From a virus, in the IMG/VR virus record IMGVR_UViG_3300036760_000681, positions 3,062-67,061 of that record: a DNA stretch of 64,000 nucleotides. One strand, 5' to 3'. Below the pieces are notes generated by a model. It was given only the letters and a program-made list of their open reading frames with translations, ran no database searches and was not told the origin of the DNA. This document shows positions 34,601-44,096 of this stretch, in pieces. Within the stretch, counting starts at the first letter, position 1; the number at the start of each line of letters is the position of its first letter. Both the position numbers and the translations under genes were made by a program.

Positions 34601-37600
34601 CTCGGCGGGGCGCCCGGCGCTCTCGGGCAAGAGGCTCGTCTGTTCGCGCCCGATCCGGGCGTCCGGGCCGAGAAGATCGGTCTGGACGGCGAAGTTGTCG
34701 TGCGGGGCGCCGGCCTCGACGTTGGTCGCAGTCGGCTCCATCGCCGCCAACTTCGCCTTTGCCTCGGCTAGTCCGGGCACCGTGAGGCCTTGACCGGAGG
34801 CAGCTTCCATCATGCGGACGCGAGCCGTGAGCCCTTCGAGGTCGTCGGGGAGCGGCGAGCGGACGGGTGGGGGCTCGCTGCGGGCGACGGCAGTGCCGGG
34901 GGCCGCCGCGGTAGCACGGTGTGCACGGCCAGCCTGTTCGGCCCCGAGCGCCATCATGTCGGCCTTCTCTTCGGCCGTCAACTTGCCAATCTTCGCGAGC
35001 GTGGCGCGCATCTCACTGATGTCGGCGTCCGTCAGTAGCCGGACGTTTACTTCCGGGTCGGACGGGAGGTAGATCGGCTCCTCATTCTGACCCTGGGTGC
35101 GCACTTCGATGCCAGCCTCGCGCGCCTGCTTGTTCACGCGGGCGACGGACAACTCGTCGAGCGCCACGCCGGGTGCCGGGGTGGGTGCGGCTGGTCTGCT
35201 CTCAGGGCGCACGACGGGCTCAACCGCCGGTTCCTGCAAGAGAGGGGCTCGGCCCACGTCCGGCTGGTTCCCGGTGGAACTCGGTACACCACCTGAACCG
35301 AAATCCTGAGCGACGACACGCTGACGGTCTCCCCAAAGCCTGTCGGGCACCTGTTTCGTGGCCTGGGCAATGGCCGTCGCTTCCTCTGAGGTGACGAACC
35401 TGCCCCGATCGGTGACGTAGCCGCTTTCCATGCCCTCAGGGATGAGGCCGTCGGGCTGGGCATCCTGCGCCTTGGTCATCGCCTCGACGTGAATCTGGCC
35501 CTCGTAAACGGTGCCATCGGCGAGTTTCACGGCGGCTGACCTGATACGTTCGCCGCCAATCGGCGCGGACGTTTCAGGAACAGGCACCGGGGTCTGCGGT
35601 GCCCCGAATATGCCTTCCTGTGCGGGGTCGATGAACGGCGGGGCTACGGCTTCGGAGTTTTCGCCTGCTCCAGACTTTGCAGGTACAGCCGCGCCGCCCG
35701 CGCCGCTTGCTCCCAATCCACCGAGGTCGAGTTCGGCTCGGATGACGCCGGGGATTTGTTTGTGGGCATCGCGGACGATGTCGGCGAAATTGGCTTCTCC
35801 ACTGGCGAATCTCCTCGCGCTGTCGGTTATCAGCGTACTCATGGGGCCACTGCGCGTATAGGAACGCTGGAACATCTCTTCCAGAAGCGCGGACTGTTCC
35901 GCCGTCGCCTTCGCGGCGTCCACGTCAACGAACGACTGTCCGATCTTGCCCACATCCTCAGCGTGCGTCCCGCGCGTGAGGTAGGTGGCGAGGCGCTTGT
36001 CGGCGAGAATCCGGTTTCTCAGGGCATCGACGATTTCCGCCTTGGGGCCGACCAAGGACAACCGTTCGGCCGCGTCGTTGAAGATGACGCCCTGGTCGGT
36101 ATCGACCGGAGCAGCGACGGTCTCCTCGGCGCGGAACTGGCGGGCGATCTCTCGCATCTGGCCGTCCGTGTACTTCCGCTTCGTCTTCCGGGCGTAGGCA
36201 AGCGCCTGCCGCTGGAGGTCGGGGGCGCTCGCCAGCTCGTCGCCGATGGCGATGGCCCAACCTTCGGGCAGTTTGCCGCTCAACGCCTGCGCGTACAGGT
36301 CCGGCGTCAGGCCAGCGAGGGCACTCCCATCCCGGCCCAGGGCGTCCTTCACGTTCACGCCGAGGTCGGCAAGATCCTGCCGCGTCCGGCCCGTCTCGCG
36401 CATCCACGCCGCCATGTCGAACGGCGTTCCGTTGCCTTGGGCGATGTTGATGAGTGCGCCCGCCGCCTTGGCGTCCGCTGCCGTGGCCACCGGCAGCCGG
36501 AAGACGTTCGCGTGCGTCTGACCGAGCCGCTGGGAGTTGTTGGCGCGATTGTTCCCGTTCACGACGTATTCGTAGCCGTCGGCCGGGTCGATCCAAGTCG
36601 CCAGATTCTCGCTCGCGCCGACCAGTTGGTTGTACCGCGAGACGCCGGCCATCCGGTTCTTCTTGTCTCGACGCCACTGGAACCGCGCTTCGTCTACCCG
36701 GATGCCGTTCGGGTCGTACCAGGCATAGGGCCGCTGGACGACGGGAAGCAGGCCTACATCCTCCACCCGGAACGGCGCGCCCGGCGCCCGGCTCGGCACC
36801 TCGGGCGTCGCCATGACCCGCGCCCGCTCGGCTTCGATCTGCTGGCGCTCGGCGAGGACGTCGGGGTTGAGACCCGGCTCGGCTGGCCTGGCTGGCGGCG
36901 CGCCCTCGGGCCGCTGGATGAAGGACGGAATCTCGACGGGGGTTTCGACCACTGTCGGCCCGTAGTCCGCCAGAACGCCCGATGCCGCCGTTTCGCCGGT
37001 TCTCTGGTTCCTCCAGAGGTCGCCGTCGGCCCGTTGCCACCGACCACTGAGGGCCGGTGAGCGGGGCGCCTGCACGTCAACCGTCGTGCCGCGCGGCAAG
37101 TCGGCGAGGGCCACGGGTTCCTGTGGGGCCGCTGGACGCACGGGCTCCACGGCGGAGGCCGATGGCCTGACGAGGGGCTCGGGGGCCGCGGCGGGGCGGG
37201 TAGGCTCACCACCGCCGCCACCGCCACCGCCTCGGAACAGGCGCGCAGCCAGACCCGGAACTTCCCCGGCCGCCCCGAAAGCGCCACCCATCTCGAGTCC
37301 GGCCCTCATGCCGCCCGTCATCCGTTCGGGAATCTGCTCTGGGCGTCCTTCGGCGACCGCTGAGCCCGTCTCGAAGGTGCCGAACTTGGCGGCGTCCGTC
37401 AGGGCGCGCTCGCCCACCCGACCGATCGCCCCAAGGACGCCCGGCACGCGACCAACGAAGCCCGGAGACTTGTTCAGAACGGATCCGCCTGGCACCGCCG
37501 AGGCGGCCGTCCACCCACCCGCCAACTCGGTGAGGCCGCCGATAGTGGAACCGACGGTGCGCATCGCACGGCCGATAGGCCCTTCGTTCTGACCCGCCGC

Positions 37601-38287
37601 TGCTTCTTGTTCGGCGACCGCTTCCTTGCCGTACGCCTCCCCGGCCAAGGTGCGGTCAATGGACTCGACGATCGGGGTTGCCAGCCTCCGACCAATGGCC
37701 GACACGATGCCTGATCCTGGAATAGCGTTCGCGATCGGCGACGCCTCCACGGCCTGTCCGGCGGCGACTGCGGCCCGCGCGGGGAGGCCCACAAACAGGT
37801 CGCGGACCCCGCGGACACCGCCGGCCACGAACCTGACTGGCAGGTTACCCGAGAGGCCTGTCTCGAACTCCCGTGCGCTGGCCTGTTCCGGCGTCTCGGC
37901 CACGGCGCCGACGTTGGGCATGGCCCGTGATGCAGCGGCCACTTCCGCGTTCCCGGTGAAGTTGCTGCGCGCGAGGTCGCGACGGCGCCGGAACTCGGCG
38001 CGCGCCGCCTCATCGGACAGGCCCGAGGCGACGAGTTGGCGAATCTGATCGCCGCCGTACGGCGTGGGATTCAAGTCAACCGAGGCGGCGTCGATGGTCG
38101 GACGCGCGACGGTCAGCGCGGGGAACGAGGCAACCTGCGTCGGGGCGATTTCCCGTACCGGACCCTTGCGGACGCGGGCGAGAACGGCGAGCGGATCCTC
38201 GTCTTCCGGCGACGGCACGGCGCTGCGCTGCCGCACCCGTCTCAGAACATCGAGCGGGGACTCTTCCTGGTAATTCTGAAACGCCAC
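31619..38287 (-). CDS. Giant internal virion / ejection (large polyvalent-type) protein with a ParB-like domain
   Basis: 2222 aa, last of four internal virion genes; ParB-like segment (RFQW...W.DP.DG.EYVVNGNNR); glycine-zipper motifs. Confidence 0.75.
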   Translation of the reverse strand: MAFQNYQEESPLDVLRRVRQRSAVPSPEDEDPLAVLARVRKGPVREIAPTQVASFPALTVARPTIDAASVDLNPTPYGGDQIRQLVASGLSDEAARAEFRRRRDLARSNFTGNAEVAAASRAMPNVGAVAETPEQASAREFETGLSGNLPVRFVAGGVRGVRDLFVGLPARAAVAAGQAVEASPIANAIPGSGIVSAIGRRLATPIVESIDRTLAGEAYGKEAVAEQEAAAGQNEGPIGRAMRTVGSTIGGLTELAGGWTAASAVPGGSVLNKSPGFVGRVPGVLGAIGRVGERALTDAAKFGTFETGSAVAEGRPEQIPERMTGGMRAGLEMGGAFGAAGEVPGLAARLFRGGGGGGGGEPTRPAAAPEPLVRPSASAVEPVRPAAPQEPVALADLPRGTTVDVQAPRSPALSGRWQRADGDLWRNQRTGETAASGVLADYGPTVVETPVEIPSFIQRPEGAPPARPAEPGLNPDVLAERQQIEAERARVMATPEVPSRAPGAPFRVEDVGLLPVVQRPYAWYDPNGIRVDEARFQWRRDKKNRMAGVSRYNQLVGASENLATWIDPADGYEYVVNGNNRANNSQRLGQTHANVFRLPVATAADAKAAGALINIAQGNGTPFDMAAWMRETGRTRQDLADLGVNVKDALGRDGSALAGLTPDLYAQALSGKLPEGWAIAIGDELASAPDLQRQALAYARKTKRKYTDGQMREIARQFRAEETVAAPVDTDQGVIFNDAAERLSLVGPKAEIVDALRNRILADKRLATYLTRGTHAEDVGKIGQSFVDVDAAKATAEQSALLEEMFQRSYTRSGPMSTLITDSARRFASGEANFADIVRDAHKQIPGVIRAELDLGGLGASGAGGAAVPAKSGAGENSEAVAPPFIDPAQEGIFGAPQTPVPVPETSAPIGGERIRSAAVKLADGTVYEGQIHVEAMTKAQDAQPDGLIPEGMESGYVTDRGRFVTSEEATAIAQATKQVPDRLWGDRQRVVAQDFGSGGVPSSTGNQPDVGRAPLLQEPAVEPVVRPESRPAAPTPAPGVALDELSVARVNKQAREAGIEVRTQGQNEEPIYLPSDPEVNVRLLTDADISEMRATLAKIGKLTAEEKADMMALGAEQAGRAHRATAAAPGTAVARSEPPPVRSPLPDDLEGLTARVRMMEAASGQGLTVPGLAEAKAKLAAMEPTATNVEAGAPHDNFAVQTDLLGPDARIGREQTSLLPESAGRPAERLKAGKIQPEETARLAAERPSTTPAGETPLELTPQATAEPVKSKGHVAFFTNAAGQRYELYKDARGELFRAAESDVIDTQTGYRIGRWEAPAHMADASIKSILGDAEQSSAGPPDETGGAHPVVLRTLAGAAGGAAVGAVTNKDDPLRGAALGALAGAGLANAPGILRAGVERFGVSRVGQSIAKTLAPQLRSPEAAMAARTLRAQLGSQAHDIERVAEALRTFRQVVEPLHDTERYAFIDAIETNQVAALPKALQPAANHIRVELDRARVQIQQLGTGKLENFIEHYFPHIWEQPDRAGGVVAQILSRRPLQGSRAFLKQRTIPTTADGVAAGLTPVTTNPLDLTMLKIREMRRYLMAQRTFAELKGQGLLRYVRAGGTIPDGYARINDSIATVFGPREGAVTLPEGANIEPGEVTVPGRRIMGEYWAPEAVANVLNNHLSPGLRGNPIYDAYMGLGNTLNQAQLGLSAFHLGFTSVDAATSRMALGIRQLRGGEPLRAAVTALSTPVAPLTNLIRGDRLLKAYLRGTGDQALAEAVNSLELAGGRVKMDTFYRTDAGHTLLEAVRTGKGLKALAVRAGAGAAIGAASDEEYRGRNALVGAALGAFGPALLEQLARPIMEYAVPRQKLGVFFDLARYEMEKLPATATVDEAKAVLQRSWDSVDNRLGQMVYDNLFWNRTLKDLSMASVRAVGWNLGTIRELGGGALDLARLQASSRSDYLLALPITVGLMGATMTYLYTGHGPETLKDYFYPPTGQVDREGNIERVQLPSYMKDIAAYSRHPIGTVTHKLHPEIGMIMGMLQNQDYYGDKIRNEHDPIVTQAEQVAKYIGTQFVPIGIRNVAEVKRRTGGVAGGLPSFVGVTPARREDVRTDAQNRMMEYLGGRRAEGRTPQEQATAQRRTDMLEGLRSGTRGRPDLQRAVRAHEMSAVQAQNLWRQSRENPTLGRFKQLTLDEAEEIYGLGTPDEQKLWLRTLRLKRVAERQKYRAPALAR

Positions 38288-38290
38288 GGT

Positions 38291-39130
38291 CTACCTGACC
38301 GTGAAATAGCGTTGGGCGTAGGGCCGCCCCGAGTCCGCCACGACCTTATCGTACTCGTCTTGACTGACGGGAATCAGTCCTGAAGTCGGTGCCGCGCCGC
38401 CACGAGTCAGCGCCTCCTGCCGGGCCGCGAACCGCGCGTCCACGCCCTGCAACGAGTCGCGGCGCATGACCTGAGTCGAGTCTTGGGCCGTCGCAACGTC
38501 GGGAAGTGTGGCGCCCGCGCCATACGTCCGATCAAGGCCAGCGGTGACCCCGCTCAAAACCCTGGCGTTGTCGTCGCGCTGCGTCGAAATCCGCTGGAAC
38601 TCGCGCTGCTGCTCGGCGGTGAGGCGAGCGCCGATGTTCCCGACCCCGCGAAAGCGCCGGTTCGCTAGGTCAGCGTAGGCGCGTTCGCGCTCGGTCTGCG
38701 CAGCCGCGCGGGCCGCCTCGGTGTTACGATAGGCGATGTCGGCGGCGTTCTCCGGCCGCAGTTCAGGGCGCTGGACGTACGCCCGGCCACCGGCCACGGA
38801 GACGTAATCCGGGTTGGGACCGGCGGCGACGCCCGCAGATGGCGGTGCCACGTTGATGTCGGAATCCAGCGCGCCAACCGTCGCTTCGTTCGACATCGTT
38901 CCGGGCAGGGACGGGATGGCTGCCCGCGTGGGAATCGAACCCATCCCGCCGCCGCGCTCGGCGACGGTGAGCGAGAGCGTGTCGTCAAGCCCCCGACGGC
39001 GCAGCGCCTCCTCGGCGTCGTAGCGCTTCTGCTCCTCGCTCTGCGCCCGCTGGCGCGTGAGGAGGGCCCCGATGTTCTCCAGCCCGCTCCCGGCGGCTCG
39101 CCACGCGAGCGCCCTGCCCATGCTGCCCAT
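38291..39130 (-). CDS. Internal virion (ejection) protein
   Basis: Position and Ala/Arg/Gln-rich helical composition. Confidence 0.65.
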   Translation of the reverse strand: MGSMGRALAWRAAGSGLENIGALLTRQRAQSEEQKRYDAEEALRRRGLDDTLSLTVAERGGGMGSIPTRAAIPSLPGTMSNEATVGALDSDINVAPPSAGVAAGPNPDYVSVAGGRAYVQRPELRPENAADIAYRNTEAARAAAQTERERAYADLANRRFRGVGNIGARLTAEQQREFQRISTQRDDNARVLSGVTAGLDRTYGAGATLPDVATAQDSTQVMRRDSLQGVDARFAARQEALTRGGAAPTSGLIPVSQDEYDKVVADSGRPYAQRYFTVR

Positions 39131-39139
39131 GACGACCCC

Positions 39140-39904
39140 CTAGTACAGTGGTGCGGCGCCCGGGGCGCTGCGAGTGGCCTGCCAGTCGGCGAAACGCGGC
39201 CGCGGTGTGAGCCGTCGCCGCTGAAACTCCTCATTCAGTGCCGCTTGCCGGTCGAGAACTTCGCCTTCCTGTTGCCCGCTGTAGATGTTCGCGACCTGTC
39301 CGGCCGCGCCCAGAACCAACGGCGTGTTCTTGGGGTTGGTCAGGAAGCGGCCAACGCCAGCGAGCGACCGACCGGCCGGGGCCGTGACCGTACTGAGGCC
39401 CGGGCCCGTGCCGCCGACGAGCGAGTTGAAGGCGAGTTTGCCGACGCCGCCCAGCGCTCCGCCACGCAGCGCCGCACCAGTAATCGGCGTCTCGTCGAGG
39501 CCCGTGGCTGACTCCAGCCCGCCGATACCGGCACCGATGGCGCCAGCTGCGATCGGGCCGATGCCGGGGATGAACGCCGCAGCGGCCGGCGCCAACTTCG
39601 CCAGTGTGCCGCCCGTCCAGTCCTTGTGTGTCGCCTGCGCCTGCTGCGACAGGGATTGAGCGCGGCCCTGGTCGCCGTTCAGGAGCGCCTGAGCGTAGGC
39701 CCGTGTCGCGGCCATCTCGGCGGCCTTGTGTGGGTTCCCGAAGTCGGCTTCGCCGTTGATGCCGAAGTAGCGCTTCGAGTCGGCGGCGGTCATCCGGCCA
39801 CCAGCGGCGATCCGCCCGAGGACGTCGCGCGGGAGGCTCTCCATCGCCGCGAAGACCGACGGATTTCCAGATGGACTTTGAGAATGCCTTCCGAAGAGAC
39901 TCAT
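39140..39904 (-). CDS. Internal virion (ejection) protein
   Basis: LAPAAAAFIPGIGPIAAGAIGAGIGG glycine-zipper segment. Confidence 0.65.
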   Translation of the reverse strand: MSLFGRHSQSPSGNPSVFAAMESLPRDVLGRIAAGGRMTAADSKRYFGINGEADFGNPHKAAEMAATRAYAQALLNGDQGRAQSLSQQAQATHKDWTGGTLAKLAPAAAAFIPGIGPIAAGAIGAGIGGLESATGLDETPITGAALRGGALGGVGKLAFNSLVGGTGPGLSTVTAPAGRSLAGVGRFLTNPKNTPLVLGAAGQVANIYSGQQEGEVLDRQAALNEEFQRRRLTPRPRFADWQATRSAPGAAPLY

Positions 39905-39925
39905 GGCGTTACCTTTCTTGCTCGC

Positions 39926-41827
39926 CTACGGAGTATAGTACCCGCCGAGCATGTTCTGTGGGTTCAGCGGAACCGAAGTCGCTCCGTTGCCGCCCGGCAC
40001 GACGCCGTTGCGGATGTAGGCGTCCCACTCGGGCGCGGTCCACTGGCCGGAGTTCGGCGGAAGCGCGCCGCGACCGCTCGTCTGCCACCACATCGTGTAC
40101 TGCCCCGGGTTCCAGCCCGTCGTGTCGGGCAGTTGTGGCTGTCCCGGCTGTCCCGGCTGCGGCGGCGGCGTGACCGGTCCACCCGGAGGAGTCGGCGGCT
40201 GAGGCGGCGGGGTAAAGGGTGGCGGCTGGTTTGTCGCATCGTCGGCCGCCTTCTTTTTCGCAGCATCTTCTGCCGCTTTCCGCGCTGCCTTTTCCGCGTC
40301 CGTCTCGTCTTTGTAGTTTCGCGCCGGATCGGTCTCCACGACCCACTTCCTGAAGTCGAGATCGGCGTCGAACTGCCGCTTCTGCTCGTCGAGTTGCCGC
40401 TGAGAGTACGACAACTGCGCTGTCCGATACGCTTGGTCAAGCGACATGCCCTGCTGGGTGAGCATGTTGGCTTCGGCGCGGAACTTCGCATCCTGGGAGA
40501 GCGCCGCGTACTTGTAGGCGTTGTCCTGGCTCATGCCCTGCCGCGTGAGGTCCTGCGCCGACTGCGTGAGCATCCGCTCCTGATCGAGACTCGCCTGCCG
40601 GAACGCTTGGTCGGCCGACATCCCCTGCTGCTGGAGGTCGAGCGCCCGGCTGCGCAGGCCAGCGTCCACCGCGGCCCGGGCATTCTCGGACTGGAGCGCG
40701 GCGGTGAACTGCTGGTTCTGTTGCATCCGCACCATCATCTGCTCGCCAAAGGTCTTGGCGAACTGGTCCTGCTGGGCGAGGAACTGCTGCTGGTTCAAGC
40801 CCATCGTCGCGGCGAACTGCGCGGCCCGCTGGTCGAGTTCGTTGGACTGAAGCCGAACCTGCAAGGCCATACCCTCGCGGGCGAGGTCGGCCTGTGCCTG
40901 ATTCTGCGCCTCCTGAATGTCCATCGAACGCCCGGCCTGCGCCGCCTGTTGCTGAATCTGCTGGGCGCGCTGGTCGAGATCCTGCTGGCTGATGTTGAGC
41001 GTCTGAGCGAACTGGCTGCCCTGCTGCGTGAGCCGCTGCTGCTCGAGCGCTTGCGTGGCCTGGTCCCGGGCCTCGGTGATGTCAAGTTGACGGCCCTGTA
41101 AGGCGGCGTCCTGCTGCAACTGTCGCGCTTTGAGGTCGATCTCCTGCTGCGTGAAACCCGTCGTCGCGCCGAACTCGCGCTTCTGTTCGGCGAGTTTGGC
41201 TTCGTCGAGCGCCTGGGCGCGGGCCGGAAGGCCAGCGTTCTCCCCCGAGGCGACCGTCGCGAGGCCGGTGTTCGCGGCGCTCTGCCGGTCCAGGGCGTTG
41301 GCGTTGGCGACCATCGTCAGGAGGTCGGCCTCCTGTTGCTGCCGGTTCCGCTGAAGGTCGGACTCGAGGTTGCGAACCTGTTCCCCTTCGTAACTGGAGC
41401 CAATGAGGCCGCGCGACTGCGCCCACTCGCCGATACCGCGCTTGGCGTCCGCTTCGGCTTTGGCGAGTCGGGAATCCCCGGCGGCGCGCACCGCAGCGGG
41501 CACGTCGGCCAGGAAGCGGTTCGGCTGGTTCAGGCCCTCGCTGGCGAACTGATTCACCTGACCGCGCAGGGCGTTGAGGTCGGGTGGCGTGGGCGGTGGC
41601 ATCGGCGGCGGCGGCGCCACGCCCGAGGGAATGCCGTAGGACGAGGTCTTCGGGGCGGGCGAGGCCGCGCCGGTCGGCACGTCAGGCGCGTTCGCGGTCG
41701 GTGAGCCGGGGGCCGCGCCGCTGGGCGACGTGCCGCCCGCCCCGCCCTGGGCGGCGTCGGCAGCCTGCTGGTCCTCGAGCAACTTCTTCTGCGCTGTCTC
41801 TTCGGGCGTCATGTACGATGCGGTCAT
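39926..41827 (-). CDS. Gln-rich coiled-coil internal virion protein
   Basis: Repeated QQGMS.D.A units and Pro-rich ends. Confidence 0.65.
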   Translation of the reverse strand: MTASYMTPEETAQKKLLEDQQAADAAQGGAGGTSPSGAAPGSPTANAPDVPTGAASPAPKTSSYGIPSGVAPPPPMPPPTPPDLNALRGQVNQFASEGLNQPNRFLADVPAAVRAAGDSRLAKAEADAKRGIGEWAQSRGLIGSSYEGEQVRNLESDLQRNRQQQEADLLTMVANANALDRQSAANTGLATVASGENAGLPARAQALDEAKLAEQKREFGATTGFTQQEIDLKARQLQQDAALQGRQLDITEARDQATQALEQQRLTQQGSQFAQTLNISQQDLDQRAQQIQQQAAQAGRSMDIQEAQNQAQADLAREGMALQVRLQSNELDQRAAQFAATMGLNQQQFLAQQDQFAKTFGEQMMVRMQQNQQFTAALQSENARAAVDAGLRSRALDLQQQGMSADQAFRQASLDQERMLTQSAQDLTRQGMSQDNAYKYAALSQDAKFRAEANMLTQQGMSLDQAYRTAQLSYSQRQLDEQKRQFDADLDFRKWVVETDPARNYKDETDAEKAARKAAEDAAKKKAADDATNQPPPFTPPPQPPTPPGGPVTPPPQPGQPGQPQLPDTTGWNPGQYTMWWQTSGRGALPPNSGQWTAPEWDAYIRNGVVPGGNGATSVPLNPQNMLGGYYTP

Positions 41828-41849
41828 CTATCGCTCCTCGCCAGCCAAT

Positions 41850-42989
41850 CTAGGGAATCGTCTGCAACATGCCACAGCTACCGGCCTTCACCGTCACGGT
41901 GCTGGCGTTGATCTCGCTTCGCACGCGCGCCTGCAAGGTGCCATTCGCGCTCGGCGTACACTGTCCGCTGATGATGGCGAGGTAATTGGTGTTCGCCGCC
42001 TGAACGCCCGTGCCGATCACTAGGTCGTCGCTCGCCGTGATCCAGCCCTGCCACTCGCCCGCGGCCGCATCGGCGGCAATCGGGATCAGCGCTTTCGCCG
42101 CGAAGACCGTCATCGCCGGGAACGTGACGGACAACCCGATGCCCGTGGTGGTGGCCGCGCTCTGGAAAACGATCCGAAACTCGAAGGCGTAGGTCACGCT
42201 GGCCGTCAGGGCGAAACTCAACCCGGCGATGTCGCTCGGCGTGGTACTGGAACTGTTGGCCGTGTCGCCCGTCGCACGGCAGGTTGCCGGGCCGCCGGGG
42301 CCGGCTGGCCCCTGAATACCTTGCGTCCCCTGCGCGCCAGCGTTGCCCTGTATCCCCTGCGGTCCCTGCGGTCCCTGCGGTCCCGGTACGGTCGAGTCCG
42401 CGCCGGCTGGACCCTGTGGACCTGTCGTTCCGACCGCGCCGTCCGAACCTGCTGGTCCCGTAGGACCGGCCGGGCCTTGAACCCCTTGGATGCCCTGCGC
42501 TCCCGCGGCCCCCGCAGTTCCTTGTGCACCGGCGGCGCCGGCTGGCCCTTGGGGACCCGGAACGACCGAGTCGGCCCCTGCGGGCCCCTGGGGCCCTTGC
42601 GCACCGACCGGCCCCGTAGCGCCATCGAGCCCGGGGGCGCCCGGACTTCCAGCGGGTCCCTGTGGACCTTGCTGGCCCAGTGCGCCGTCGGAACCTGAGA
42701 CGCCTTGAGGGCCCGCGTCTCCGGCCGGACCCTGTGCACCGACAGAGCCGGGAGGTCCCTGTGGTCCAGTGGACCCATCGGCGCCGGGCGGTCCGGAGAT
42801 ACCCTGCGGACCTGGCGCCCCATCGGCCCCTGTGGGGCCTTGTGGTCCGACCCCTCCCGCGCCCCCAGAGCCCGAACAGATCGCCTTCAGCGCATCGTAT
42901 CCCTGAATGGGTAGGTAGACGACCTCGCGCTCGATGGACCCGCCGCCTGACGGCATGATGAAGATTCGGATGAACCGCGTGTCGTCCAT
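41850..42989 (-). CDS. Collagen-like fibre protein
   Basis: About 60 contiguous G-X-Y triplets and a C-terminal beta-rich head. Confidence 0.85.
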   Translation of the reverse strand: MDDTRFIRIFIMPSGGGSIEREVVYLPIQGYDALKAICSGSGGAGGVGPQGPTGADGAPGPQGISGPPGADGSTGPQGPPGSVGAQGPAGDAGPQGVSGSDGALGQQGPQGPAGSPGAPGLDGATGPVGAQGPQGPAGADSVVPGPQGPAGAAGAQGTAGAAGAQGIQGVQGPAGPTGPAGSDGAVGTTGPQGPAGADSTVPGPQGPQGPQGIQGNAGAQGTQGIQGPAGPGGPATCRATGDTANSSSTTPSDIAGLSFALTASVTYAFEFRIVFQSAATTTGIGLSVTFPAMTVFAAKALIPIAADAAAGEWQGWITASDDLVIGTGVQAANTNYLAIISGQCTPSANGTLQARVRSEINASTVTVKAGSCGMLQTIP

Positions 42990-42991
42990 GT

Positions 42992-43591
42992 TCAGCTCAC
43001 ACTCACGCCCGTCGCGTTCGCATTGACGACGGTAGCGTGGATACGACAGGTATGATTGGCACTGGCGCCACTGCCCTTCGTGATCGTCACCTTGACCGTG
43101 AAGCTGTTGCTCGCGCCCACGGCGCCCACAACCGCCGACATCGCCGCGGTGACCGTGATCGTCGCCCCGCCCGCCACCACCGCGCTCGCGGCGCCGTAGG
43201 CCGCCGAAATGCCGGCCACTGCGTTGACGCCCGCTGTCCGGGCGATGGCGATGTCGTAGGCCACGACGCCGGTCGCCTCGTTCGCCCCGATCGCGCCGCC
43301 GGCGCCGAGCGAGCCTGCGAGCATCACCCGCACCAGGGCGCTGTGCGCCGCGTTGGGCACGGTGATCGTCAGGACATCCGTGGCCGTGGCGTCCGCGATG
43401 GCGGTGACGGCCTTGGTCAGTTCGGCCTTGCTGGTCACCGCGCCGGAGAGGCCGCTGAGGATCTGCGTCCGAAGCTGCGCGACGGTCGCCTTCTTGGTGA
43501 CGGCGGCGTTGTTGTCTACCGGCAGCACGGCGGTATCGTCGAGCGCCGCCGCCAGCACGGCGACAAGGCCGGTGATGGTTACGTCCGCCAT
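42992..43591 (-). CDS. Virion structural / fibre-associated protein
   Basis: MADVTITGL...TKKATVAQL fibre-type N-terminus. Confidence 0.6.
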   Translation of the reverse strand: MADVTITGLVAVLAAALDDTAVLPVDNNAAVTKKATVAQLRTQILSGLSGAVTSKAELTKAVTAIADATATDVLTITVPNAAHSALVRVMLAGSLGAGGAIGANEATGVVAYDIAIARTAGVNAVAGISAAYGAASAVVAGGATITVTAAMSAVVGAVGASNSFTVKVTITKGSGASANHTCRIHATVVNANATGVSVS

Positions 43592-43592
43592 G

Positions 43593-44096
43593 TCAGGCTC
43601 CGCTCAGGGCCAGCCGGCGCCCCGTGTCGGTGGTCAGGAACGCGGCGGTGTCCGTGAGCAGGCTCCCGCTGTCCCACACCTCAGCATCCGCCAGCCACGG
43701 CATCAGGATCGCCATGTTGTCCGGGCGACCGTTCTGACCATCGAAGAGCACGGTGTTTCCCGCGCCGTCCTTCGCCCACGGAACCAGGAACACGACGTAG
43801 CCGGTGCCCGCGGTGACCGGGATGATGCGATCCTGAAGCCGGTCGGCCCGGCAGTCTACGAGGTCGCTCGAGACGTAGAAGTTCGGGTCGTACGTCATCC
43901 CGCCTTCCCCGGCATCGCTCGACTGGACGTGGACCTGCACCTTCTCAACACCGAGCGGCGCACGAAAGCGCACCCGGAGCGTCACGCCATCGCTCCCGAC
44001 GCCGACGATCGTCGGCTCGCGGCGACCGAGTTCGGCGTTGAGGTATCCGACCAGGTAGGTCAGGTAGGCGTCGCCGGCGGGCGGCTGGCGCAACAT
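43593..44096 (-). CDS. Hypothetical structural protein
   Basis: ORF in the tail module. Confidence 0.6.
   Translation of the reverse strand: MLRQPPAGDAYLTYLVGYLNAELGRREPTIVGVGSDGVTLRVRFRAPLGVEKVQVHVQSSDAGEGGMTYDPNFYVSSDLVDCRADRLQDRIIPVTAGTGYVVFLVPWAKDGAGNTVLFDGQNGRPDNMAILMPWLADAEVWDSGSLLTDTAAFLTTDTGRRLALSGA

Noticed and set aside
42290-42870. 9-bp periodic repeats
   Set aside because: Explained by collagen G-X-Y codons.
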